64,000 bases of DNA from Octopus sinensis (lineage: Eukaryota): NCBI RefSeq assembly GCF_006345805.1, contig NC_043000.1:66154001-66218000 (forward strand), read 5' to 3'. The position numbers and the translations under genes were made by a program. Of this stretch, positions 38,120 through 50,059 are shown one piece after another. The notes beneath the pieces were generated by a model, which was not told the DNA's origin, did no database searches, and worked only from the letters and a program-made list of their open reading frames with translations. Within the stretch, counting starts at the first letter, position 1, and the number at the start of each line of letters is the position of its first letter.

Positions 38120-40551
38120 CTGTAAAAGAAAATAAAAATGGAATTAATTATCAATACTTAAATATTGGAAATAGCAATAATTATCTCACTGCAGCTAAAT
38201 GATAATTTTCCTTTACACAGATTTTCTTAACATTCTGATTACTCTGTTAAGTGTAATGCTTATTTACTCACATTGTTTTGAATTAACCATTAATTATCTT
38301 ATAGCTTTGAGATTTCGATGATGTGTTTGTTCATTTGTTGAATGATATTGTAGGGTAAGTGTGAAAGTCGGGAACTGGTCAGTTTGAACATAAAAAAGGC
38401 AGAATATTTCGGCTGGATATTGCTGGTTTATATGCTAAAATACTTTCAATTGGATGTATTCTATAAAATATTACATGCAATATTAATGTAGATACATAAA
38501 TATGAAACTGGACAGAGAGGCAATTTCTATAAACTAAGTAGATTTTTGTACTTCAGCCTTGACTGAGCAGACCAATATCATGTAGGGATGTAATTGAATG
38601 ACTAGGAGTGATCTTCAGATTCATACCTTCTGATAGATCATGTCTTTACTTAACTAAGGACCATATTGTACATTCCAGCATGCAGAGGTTAATTTTACAG
38701 GGAAGGGCAGTATGGGCATGTTACAATTTCTCCACTTGATAGTTTCCTTCTGCAGTCTTGTTGCTTTTGAATAGTTTCAAATCATCCCTAATCAATCAGT
38801 GTTATAACACATAAGGAGAGCTACTCATGTTGTTCAGCCTTAGGGCTACCTTGATCAAGTAAATCTATCTTCAAAGGTATTCCAACAATTACCATCTTAA
38901 CCTATTTTTAAATTTAAAAAAAAACAAACAAAAAACCCTACATTGTTCAATGAATCCTTTATTTTCTTAAACCTTCTTTTCTATTGGAAGTATACCATAA
39001 AACATTACAGGCAACATGGTTTCAAATTGTGGCACAAGGCCAGCATTTTTGGGAGAGGGGTAAGTCAATTACATCAACCCTAGTGCGCAACTGATGCTTA
39101 TTTCATCAACTTGGAAAGGATAAAATGCAAAATTGACCTCAGTGGAATTTGAACTCAGAAAATGAAGATGGACGAAATGCCACTAAACATCATGCCTGGT
39201 GTGCTACCAATTCTGCCACCTTGATATTACATGCCATACTAATGTATATGCATAAAGAGGAAATTGGACAGAGGTTATAAACTATGCTTTAGTGAGAAAA
39301 TTTACTAAAGCATTTTACTGTTTCCAACATTTTAAGATTTAGATGGTTGAGTTTCAACTGAAGGAGGTTTAGCTGGTATTTCTAGCAAAACAGAAGCGGT
39401 GGGCAAAAAAACGTCAGAACATGGCAATAGCTGTTCCTCTGCACTATTTTGTCAGGTGTATCCCAGAACAATACTACATTGTGTTTATCTTTTTTAGGAT
39501 GTGTTCTGAGGTGTGGCAGATATATCAGTGGGGTGGGGTCACTTGTGCTTGGAGCAGTAGGAACTGTAAAGGCTGGAGCTTGCCAAAATAACAAACTTCA
39601 AGGTAGTATTTCATTTTTAATATTTACCTTTTGTTGTACAAGTCACCCACATGTAGCCTGTAATGATGTGAAGTGCACTGTTTTCTTTGTAGTTAATTGT
39701 GATGTTGTTTCTCAGAGATGGCCAAATGCAGTACATATGGTTACTTTATATTTGCTTAAGGTCATGTAGATATGGAGTGATTATCACTGTTTAGCCCTAG
39801 GTCGTCCCTGATCAAACAGATTTATGATCAAAGCCATTTCAACCAGCATCCTATTTTCCCATTATGTGTAAGGATCAAGGACCACATATCCAACATGTCA
39901 TTCTTTTTTTCTAAGATGGTAAGGTATGATTTGAAGAAGATTAGGCAGTTACTTCTAGCAAGTCAAGCAACCATGTAAAGGCTTGCTTACTGGCTTGTCT
40001 AAGATAAAAAAGAGTTGGCGAAAGCCAGAGTCTTATATCTGGTTAAAACTTCCAAACTCACAAATCTTTGAATTTTTGAGATTCTTTGAGAACGTTTGAG
40101 ATTTTGTGAAGTGTTATAGAATCATTTTCTTCAAGGGTTTTTTTGAAGTATATAAAGCTTTTAAAAGTTTTTTAAAGTAATTTTTTAAAAGCAATATTTG
40201 AGATTTTTTTAAACAAAAAAATTTTCTAAAATACTTTTTAACTTTTCTTGTCTTGTTCTTAATTACTTTCAACTCTTCAACTTCTCTTAATTTATACAGT
40301 TACAGAATTCCTCCTTCTTCTCCACCTTCCTAAGCTCTCCTAGTTACCCTGTTGTCTTACTATACTATAGCATAATGTTGATGAAAAATAAAGACTTTCA
40401 CCCATGGCAGTCGTAGGCAAACTGCAACCTGCAGCACTTTCTGAATGACAAGCAAATGAAAACTTTCCTTGAATTCTTTTATTAGTGTGGCCTACCTGAT
40501 GATGAACCATCTTACATGGACTGCTTCTTGGAAAAAAGTTACTCATAACTG

Positions 40552-40809
40552 CAGGTCCAGCACTAAGAAGCGCAGGGGCCCAATTAGAGCATTGTTTGTG
40601 GGGACTTCTACTCTGCAAAAGCTGAAGATTGATGATGTTTTATGCTTCGTGTAGGACATCAGTCCCAGCCAAAAAGTGTTGAGAGTTTAAGGCTCCACCA
40701 TTAGCCACAATAATATACTAAAAATTCATCTTAGTCTCCTCTGCTCAAGTATGTGTGTCAGGGGACCCAGTTTGAAGAAATCTGTCTGATTGACTTAAAA
40801 CTGGCCCTG
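40552..40809. mobile_element. hAT-type MITE in UMAD1 intron 2
   Basis: Termini CAGGTCCAG / CTGGCCCTG with 8-bp flanks CATAACTG / CATACCTG (7/8). Internally similar to 57527-57820. Confidence 0.75.
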
Positions 40810-40945
40810 CATACCTGACTTAAGGAATACTTTCAAGTCTAATGTTCTTACACTGAACCCATCATCTTGCACAGATTATGGGGAAGACATTGCTTTCTCA
40901 AATACAATATAACAAAAGTCTCCAGTAGTTGTAATATACACTTAC

Positions 40946-41131
40946 TTGACCATAGATTGGTGACATGTTAGATACGCTTGTAATTCTACCATAAGCTTTA
41001 GCTTTTTCTGCTTCTGTTTCTCCAATTAACAGGAATCCATCAGCTTCATAGTCAGTCTCTTTCTGTTCATCGGCTATTTCAACTGGGTTTACCATCAGAC
41101 CAGTTTTTATTTTTGCCAGCAAAGAAAACAT
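40946..41131 (-). CDS. UMAD1: UMAD1 first coding exon (62 codons)
   Basis: Acceptor gtttcAG|AT ATG (exon starts 41133) and donor CAA|GTaagt. MFSLLAK...DYEADGFLLIGETEAEKAKAYG resembles the human UMAD1 N-terminal motif EADGFVLLGDT. Confidence 0.88.
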
Positions 41132-44100
41132 ATCTGAAACAATAACATGACAATATTTTAGACAAATCTTTCCTTTATTTTTTTTATCTTTTACTTGTTT
41201 CAGTCGTTAGATCGTGGCCATGCTGAGGCACTGCATTGAAGTATTTTTAGTCAAATGAATCAACCCCAGTGCATTTTGTTTTTTTAAGCCTAGTACTTAT
41301 TCTATCAATCTCTTTTGCCGAACTACTAAGTTACACGGACATAAACGCAACAGCACTGATTGTTAAGCAGTGTGAGAGGAACAAACACAAATACACACAC
41401 ACACATATATATACGACAGACTTCTTCAGTTTCTGTCTACCAAATCTACTTACAAGGCTTTGATTGGCCCAAAGTTATAGTACAAGACTCTTGCTCAAGC
41501 TGAAAAAAACCTACCAAGATAAAATGCCTGGTTCCCATAAAAATTACAATCTATTCAAGTGTTTATTCAAATACAATTTCATCGTTAAAAAACTAAGAGT
41601 TATGCTATTCAAAGGTATCTTTTTTGAAAACATAATTATATATTATTTATATACACATATAAAACAATTACAGCTGTGTAGTTTCAGTTTCTATGTCACT
41701 GGGATATAGCCTTGGGTTTATCAATGCCTTGTGAGTGGAATTGGCAGACCGAAACTGTATAGATGCCTGACATTCATATATGTGTGCATGTATGTGTGTG
41801 CATCAATGTTTACAAACTGTGTGTCTTCACATGATATCATGTGAGTAAAATAATGAAGCTGGTGACAAAAAATATCCAGCCATAAAATACTGCCTCAATA
41901 ACTTTTTGTCTAATCTATGCCAGCATGAAAAAGCAGGCACAAAAAATAAAACAATCATATATACGTATATTCTTTTATTCTTTTACTTGTTTCAATCATA
42001 TGACTGTGGCTATGCTGCAGCACTGCCCTTGAAGGGTTTTAGTCAAACAAATCAACCTCAAGACATTTTTTTAAAACCTAGCACTTATTCTATCATTCCC
42101 CTTTGCTGAACTGCTAAGTTACAGGGATGTAATCACACCAACACCAGTTGTCAAGCAGTGATGGGGGGGGGGACAAATATAGACACAAACACACACGACA
42201 GGCTACTTTCAGTTTCTATCTACCAAATCCTTTGGTTGACCTTAGGCTATAGTAGAAGACACTTAGCCAAGGTGCCCACAGTGGGACTAAACCTGAAACC
42301 ATGTGGTAGGCATTGCAGGATCCAAGTGAATCAAGGTACTTTAATAGTAAGGACACCAAGTTAGGGTTGAGAATAACATATCCATGCATCAACAGTATAT
42401 ACGGACACTGATGCATATATTAATGTATATATGGATTTCTCTTGCCATTTCTATATAAATGCACATGAACAGATCAATATATTTATTGATATAATTAAAC
42501 ATGTACTCATAAAATCACACAGACGTACTCTGATATGCAGTTTCATGGTCCACTTTAAGTTCCAGAACCAATGTAGGGAAGGCTCTAGGTATGGTATAAA
42601 ATAAGTCAGAACATAAATAGGTTGAGGTTCACTGTAGCTGTTTTAGACACTTTCTTTTCATGAACAAATTAGTTACATCATGAATAAAAACCATTTTCTT
42701 CAGGTGAATAAAAAATTAAATCCAAAATTTAACACATAAGATCTGGCTTGTAATGAATGTTTTTTTGACTCCCTCATCTGAATGACAATCAGAGAGTGAA
42801 TTTGAAAATCAAAGCTAGACTTTGATGGGATAATGACTTATAACCTTATCAACAAACTAGGCTATCAAAAAAGCCATTAATGGAATGTCAGAGGAACAGA
42901 TAATGAGATGAAACACACTAACACCAGCGCCATTTTCCACACAAATATCATCCAGCCTGAGTCATTTAGTGACAACATACAACTCTCAGATACATACAAA
43001 TACAATTCACATACACAAGCCATAAAATTATACTAACACAAAAGATAAAAGTAATAGAAATAAACACACATATGTATGTATATACACAAATAGATATATT
43101 TATACACACATACTCATACAGGGATAGACAAGCCATTACGCATATATTCACAATATAAACTAATATATATCAAGACACACATAGATCAACAGATAAACAA
43201 TCATAGATAAATATACGCCCAAATAAGGACCTAAGACAATTAGTTTAAATTATGGCTTATAAGATCGAAGAGGATGTAACTCTAATTTTCTTTTTTTTAT
43301 TCACCTTTCCATTTTTTGCATTAACCTTGTTTTCTCTCATAATTTCTCATGTACCAGAGTACTGATCTTCAAATAGAACAGACTATGTGCTCAGAGCCCA
43401 AGAATTGTTTGGAGACACAAGATCATCATCACCTCATAAAATGATAGGATGAATAAAAATTTTCAATTTTTACACTTACTGGGCTTGGGTTCAAGTCCTA
43501 CTGTGTGGCATCTTGAGCAAGTGTCTTCTACTATAGCCCTACACTGATCAAAATCTTGTCATGGTTTAAACAGACAGAAACTGAAAGAAGCCCATCGTGT
43601 GTGTATGTGCGGTTTTAGACGCAGCAAATGACTTTAGATCAATAGAGGGCATAGGATTGGTTAAAGTTCGAAAAATTAAACTACGTTAAACTTACAAATT
43701 ACAATTTTCTCAAGAAAGCCAAGAGAAAAAATGTTTTATTTTGACACATTCTACCAGTATACGAAGTTTAAAAGTGTTTAGTTAACTAGAAATTGTGTTG
43801 AAAACTGCCGTTCAAAAGGAAAAGATCCTATGTGCGTCCCACCACCCTTGTTTTGACATCATGCGATATTTGTAAATAAGCACAACGTCCATACAAGCAG
43901 TGTTATTTGCTTCCAATCTTCTGTGAAAACATGTCTGACTTTGGGGAATATCACCTTGTTTGGAAACAGATGAGGGTCAGTAATAATTAGGGTACCCAGT
44001 CATAGAAAATCTGCCTCAATGAATTATGTTTGTTCTATGCAAGAATGAAAAAGTGGACGTTAAAACGATAATAATGATGATAAAAATCTGATTAACTATT

Positions 44101-44833
44101 CACTTTAATCCTTCATACTTGTGTATAACAAATTTATGGACAACGTTTCTCAAAACTCTCAAGCTTTTAATATATAATTTCTAAAGCCCTTATATTTTAA
44201 ATGAATTAATATATGGTGTGTGTGTGTTTATTTGGCAAGGAAAAAAAAACAGAAAGAAAAAAAAACGACCATCCCGAAATATAACAATGGCTCAACACAA
44301 TTTCACGTTAGGAATCTTGCAAAACAAATACATACATGTTTCAGAAAATAGATATTTTAAATTAAATTTTCTACAAATACCTTTCAGAGAGTATTTCAGT
44401 TTACGATTAACAAAATTGGTAGGTGTACACACACATACTGACACACATCACTTATAACGAAAAAAACTATGTGAAGCGTGTCTGTATATATGTGAGCGCG
44501 CCAACCAATTTTTTCTTCACATGAAATTCTGATATAATCGTAACGTAGGTATTCTTTCGTAACTGTCAGCAAAGAAGCCATTTGAAGCAAGTGGTATTAT
44601 TATGGTAATGTAAACTATCTGAAAGGCATTTGTAGGAAATTTCATTAAAAAATACCCTTTTTTCTGAAAGTCATGAGGAAACAAAGTCGACTCGTGCCAA
44701 TTATCCGAAACTCTTCCCGCCCTCTCCGAAAACTCTTCCACAACAAATTCCGATATAATCGGTGTCTACACGAGTATGCATTGGGTACAATTGTGTAAGT
44801 ATTGGCTATTTCGATTTATATCAGATGACTTAC

Positions 44834-44975
44834 TTGTTTACAAACATCATGACACATGACACCGTGATTCATGAACCTTAAAGATAGATGTGTAGTAGTA
44901 AACAATAACGTAGTTAGTTACCAACCACTCACAGGTTCATTCCATTTCTGATGGCGAATGACGAAGGAAGTAACT
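44834..44975 (-). promoter_or_regulatory. Probable UMAD1 non-coding first exon and promoter, with two candidate donors
   Basis: Minus-strand donors CCT|GTGAGT (exon end 44933) and CAA|GTAAGT (exon end 44834) lie in a CpG-rich zone. ETS-like ACTTCC and YY1-like CGCCATC motifs occur at about 44950-44972. The upstream boundary is approximate. Confidence 0.5.
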
Positions 44976-45537
44976 TTTTATAAATTAAAACATACAGTCC
45001 AATTTTTCTTTTAAATTATCAATGGCAACCTCTTGCCTTATCAATAGCAAAAAAAAAAATGAGCAACAGAAATCATTCATAATTACACTGAACAAGCCGA
45101 CCTCAGCGCAGCCTAAAAAGTATCCAGCGTCCACGAAACTGATAAAGTTTGATAAAGTGAAAGCAACACGTTTAATCAGAAAGGTCGCCCAGATATCGCC
45201 ATAGTAAAATACACAAGTTCAAAGACCTGCAAAATGGGGTTGAACCCAAAACCACATAATTATTGCTAAGTGAAATTCTTATCCACAGAGCTATGCTTGC
45301 ACAAAATATCGAGAATACATTGACGTAAGAAGATAAAATTACATTCGTCATCAAAATGTTAGATATGACCTTTGCTACCAAAGTAAAACGAAACTGTTCT
45401 GGGGAAGAAGAAAAAAAGACATTTGAATATGCAATATTTTGTACACTACGACTGAGAAAAGGTGGGATGATCACAGCTCGAACGTCTTCGATGATAGATC
45501 TGCTCAGGTTATAAGTTTAAATCCCGTTTAAGTCGGT

Positions 45538-45764
45538 ACTACTTGAGAACAGTGGTCCCGGTGCGCGCACTCGCGCTAGCTAGTCATGACTAGTCGATCC
45601 TTACTTTGTGTGTTATTTACTTTGTTTTAAAAATTATTTACTTTGTGTTTTTGTGTTTTATTTACTTTGCTAGGTAGTCGTTGTAGGATCGACTAGTCAC
45701 GATTAGCCAGCGCGGATGCGCAACAACGAGAGTGCGTGCACCGGGACCACTGTTCTCAAGTAGT
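45538..45764. mobile_element. Fold-back MITE with long TIRs, inserted in a SINE relic
   Basis: actacttgagaacagtggtcccggtgc... pairs with ...gcaccgggaccactgttctcaagtagt (27 bp perfect). Pairing continues inward as tgactagtcgatcct / aggatcgactagtca. Confidence 0.85.
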
Positions 45765-47165
45765 CTTCAGTTGATAAAATAAAGTATCAGCTGAGATGCA
45801 TCTCAGATGTAAATTATAATAGAAGACAGACACAGTCTACTCGGACTAAAACAACAATGATGTGACGTCCTCATAAATGAATTATTTCCAGCAGATTTTG
45901 ACTATTCTTAGATTTATATTCTAGTTTCTGATATTGTCCGTATTCTTAAAAAAAAAAACGGTAAGGTATGATGGAGATTTGATTACTATTTCAAATGGGT
46001 TGAACGGGTATGCAGAGGCTTCTTCAAAACCGATACCTATGTAATGTAGCGGACTTTCGGAATAGCTATCAATATTTTATGGGAAAGGAAAAGGGCACGG
46101 AATTAGGGGGGGGGGGCAAGAATATATGTGTTGTTGACATTGAATAGCGAGGTCCTTTCCTCTTCCATTTTCGAGAGAGGCCATAAGCCAACAGGTTTGG
46201 GATCTGATGACACACCATAAAGCAAAGCGCTTTATGGATGTGAAACCCAAGGTAATACCATAAACCGGACTTATCTAACTTTATACATAAGGTTATAGAC
46301 CACCAGCCATTACAGTCTGATGCGATGTATGTAAAACCAAGCGCTTTATGGACCCAAAACTCTGAGTAACACTATTATTTGAATAAAAATTCTTTAAGAA
46401 TCGTAATTCATTTGTTTCAGCCATTAGACTGTAGCCGCACTAGGATACCGCCATGAAAAATTTTAGTCGAACAAATCGACCCCAGTATTTATTTTTAAAG
46501 TCTGGTATATATTCTAACGGCCTACTTTGCTAAATCACTAAGGGAACGTAAACAAACTAACACCCGTTGTCAACCGGTGTGTGTGTGTGGGGGGGTTATT
46601 TCAATTCCCGTCTACCAAATCCACACAAGGTTTTGTCTGTTCGAGCTATAGTGAAAGATACTTGCCCAAGGTGCCACGCAGTGGGACTGAACCCGAAACA
46701 TACTTTTATCACTACACAGCCATACCTATGGAAAAAAGAGAGAGAGCCTCCCAATTCCTTGCCCTTTCCCTTCCACATGAGGTAGTGACAGGTATTTCTA
46801 AAGTCTGCCAAGAATTCAAACGAAATCAATGCAACCTCAACTACAACTAATGAGATAATCAAAGTTTTGTTGCAGTTTCGTACCAAATATAAAACGAGAC
46901 AAAGAAAAACGAAAATATCAACACTTTTTATATACCAGTGTCATGGAACAAAAACAAATTGTCGGGAAAATGTTATATGCGCAGATTAACAAAACCTTTG
47001 CTTACATTCAGAGCGCTCCACAATAAACATTCCAATCAAACAGTTATATATTTGAAGTAATTAAATATCTTAACAGGTACTTTAAAATAAATATAAATTT
47101 AAATAATGTTATTATTTTTAAATAATAACAAAATTAAAACAATTTTATATTTCACAAAACATTTA

Positions 47166-48068
47166 CACGAGGTCTAATCAATAAGATTCCGGGATGGTGG
47201 TGGTGGTGGTGGGGGCTCCCTCGCCCTACCCTCCTTTTTTCGAACCAAAACAAGGGATTTGCAGCATATCAGGAGGTCAGGGTATTTGGTTCCACGCAAA
47301 AAATCCTAGTTTTTTTTTTGTTAGTGAAAATTGTGCGGGTATTAATCTAAAAATTTACCCTTTGTTTTCTTTTTCGGCCATTGCTAGACAGGGGACTTAA
47401 CTTAAGTTATGGATTTCACCGATGTGGAAATTGGTTAAAGTTATGGTTGAAAATCAATTTTTACCGATATCTGTGGGTGCCTCAGGCAGAATAAGTTGAC
47501 AAAAATACAGCCTTGATTGTGACCAATGTCCTTCGAAAATTGGAGCGACATGCATGCTAATTTGTGGATGTGCATAAATTATATTCACGCATACACACAA
47601 ATCCTGCCTTTTATAGATATAGATGTGAGTGCTGTTGTGAGGTGAAATCATCGAATTACCATCCGTGAGTTATCAGAGGATGTGCAGATTAGTTATGGTT
47701 CAGTTCAGTCCATTACCACTGAAGATTTGGTTATGAGACACATGTCTGCCAAGGTTGTGTAAAAAAAACTGCTTTCAGTTGCACAAGATCTTGATTGTGT
47801 CAAGAACGATGAAAACTTTTCGTAGGCCTCTGAGCAGGTATCCCCAAGCTTTTGACAAAATTTGATGCAGATTTTCTGCTCAACTTTCCCAATAATGGTG
47901 AATACGATGATCACACGCTACACACCTTCCTTCCAAGCACTGCTGTAAACTGCAGAAGTGAGCTAGGACAGTGCGCATGCACAGCAGAATTCAAGGTCAA
48001 TCTCTGCCAAGCATGCTTCAGCTTCATTATTATAGCAACAGTCCAGATACTTATTGATCAGACCACAT
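47166..48068. mobile_element. Rearranged mariner element with a Helitron fragment nested inside
   Basis: TIR-like ends cgaggtctaatcaataagattccgg and ccagatacttattgatcagaccac. Transposase N-terminus EQKICIKFCQKLG on the minus strand, and HTH NHRITIRELSEDVQISYGSVQSITTEDLVMRHMSAKVV on the plus strand. Confidence 0.75.
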
Positions 48069-48481
48069 AAATAATAAGGTGCAGGAGTGGCTGTGAGGTA
48101 AAAAGCTTTCCAACCACATGGGTCAGGGTTCAGTCCCACTGTGTGGTACTTTTGGAAGTGTTTTCTACTAGAACCTCAAGCCAACCAAAGCCTTGTGAGA
48201 GGTTGAAGTTGACGGAAACTGAAAGAAGCCAGTCGTATATATATGTATTTGTGTGTCTGTTTGTCACCCCACCAGCATTTGACGACTGGTGTTGGTGTGT
48301 TTACGTCCCCATAATTAGCAGTTTGGCAAAAGAGGCCGAAAGAATAGGTACTAAGCTTACAAAGGTAGGTCGTGGAGTTGATTTGTTTGACTAAAGTCAG
48401 TGCTCTAGCATGGCTGCAGTCAAATGCCAAACAAGTAAAAGTGTAATCACATGATACGTTAACTATATATATATATTATAT

Positions 48482-48512
<31 letters not shown>

Positions 48513-48519
48513 ATATATA

Positions 48520-49840
48520 TACGCCTTCAGGTAGATGGCCCTGCTCGATCTGTAGAAAAGGCGTAGGTAGGAACTCTGTAAGATGCACCAAGTGTAAGCT
48601 ATGGACACATAAGAGGTGCAGCAATGTCAAAGGAAGGCTAACTAGGAAGATAGTTTTTGTATGTGGCAGATGCTCTGGTTCAATAAAGACTGAAAATGTG
48701 CAGAGACCATCTTCCGCCACATTCCAGGGAGAAAAACTTGAAATAGTTGATAGTTTCCGTTACCTAGGTGACCAAGTCAGTAGCCGAAAGTGTAACTGCT
48801 AGAGTAAGAATAGCCTGGGCAAAGTTCAGAGAGCTCATACCTCTGCTGGTGACAAAGGGCCTCTCGCTCAGAGTAAAAGGCAGACTGTATGACGCATGTG
48901 TGCGAACAGCCATGCTACATGGCAGTGAAACATGGGCCGTGACTGCTGAGGATATGCGTAAGCTCGCAAGAAATGAAGCCAGTATGCTCCGTTGGATGTG
49001 TAATGTCTGTGTTCATACCCGACAGAGCGTAACTGCCTTGAGAGAAAAGTTGGACCTAAGCATCAGATGTGGTGTGCAAGAGAGGCGTCTACGCTGGTAT
49101 GGACACGTAGTAAGAATGGATGAAGATAGTTGTGTGAAAAAGTGCCACACCCTAGCGGTTGAGGGAACCTGTGGAAGAGGTAGACCCAGGAAAACCTGGG
49201 ATGAGGTGGTGAAGAATGACCTTCGCGCTTTAGGTCTCACCGAGGAAATGACCAGAGACCGAGACCTTTGGAAGTATGCTGTGCGCGAGAAGACCCGGCA
49301 GGACACGTGAGGCCATAACCCATGGCCCCTACCTGGGACGTAGTCAGTCCGCCTGTGCATACCTTCCTTCTTGGGACACTTGTGAAGACCTGTTGAGGCA
49401 AGTGAAAATCAAATCAAATCAAAATCGATGAACATCAATGGAATTTGTATTTTGTGGTACCAGTGCCGGTGGCACATAAGAAAACCATTCGAACGTGACC
49501 GTAGCCAGTACTGCGTCGACTGGCCTCCGTGCTGTGGGCACATAACAAACACCATCCAATCGTGGCTGTGCCAGCCCCGCCTGGCCTCCGTGCTGGTGGC
49601 ACGTAAAAAACACCATCCGAGAGTGGCCGTTCGCCAGCCTCGTCTGGCACCTGTGTCGGTGGCACATAAAAATCACCCACTACACTCACGGAGTGGTTGG
49701 CGTTAGGAAGGGCATCCAGCTGTAGAAACACTGCCAGATCTGACTGGCCTGGTGCAGCCTTCGGGCTTCCCAGACCCCAGTTGAACCGTCCAACCCATGC
49801 TAACATGGAAAGTGGACGTTAAACGATGATGATGATGATA
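48520..49840 (+). mobile_element. 5'-truncated RTE-clade LINE, the best-preserved copy, with 3' UTR and (GAT)n tail
   Basis: ORFs 48503-48802 and 48768-49310 (one frameshift) read EIVDSFRYLGD, RVRIAWAKFREL, KGRLYDACVRTAMLHGSETW, RRLRWYGHVVRM, GRGRPRKTWDEVV. Tail ggacgttaaacgatgatgatgat. Confidence 0.93.
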
Positions 49841-50059
49841 TATATATATACATATGGTTGTTGGTGTGTATGTGTGTTAAAATGGAAGATGGCCTATATA
49901 TTAATGCAGACAGACAGATATTTAGTTTCATTTTCTCGGAAAAATATTGCACCTAATCAATATTTAAATAAGAATACTGCAACAGGACGAACAAAAGTAA
50001 CATTGCTTTTTTTGTATATTTCCTTTTATGAAAATAACTTTATATGGTTTTCAAGTATT

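Noticed and set aside
44200-47100. RPA3 expected head-to-head with UMAD1; E2F-like sites at about 44496 and 44714
   Set aside because: No RPA3-like coding sequence was recognisable on the plus strand, and short motifs alone are not sufficient evidence.
49455-49685. CRISPR-like repeat-spacer appearance
   Set aside because: The repeats are degenerate, the linkers resemble each other, the array lies in a eukaryotic LINE 3' UTR, and there are no cas genes.
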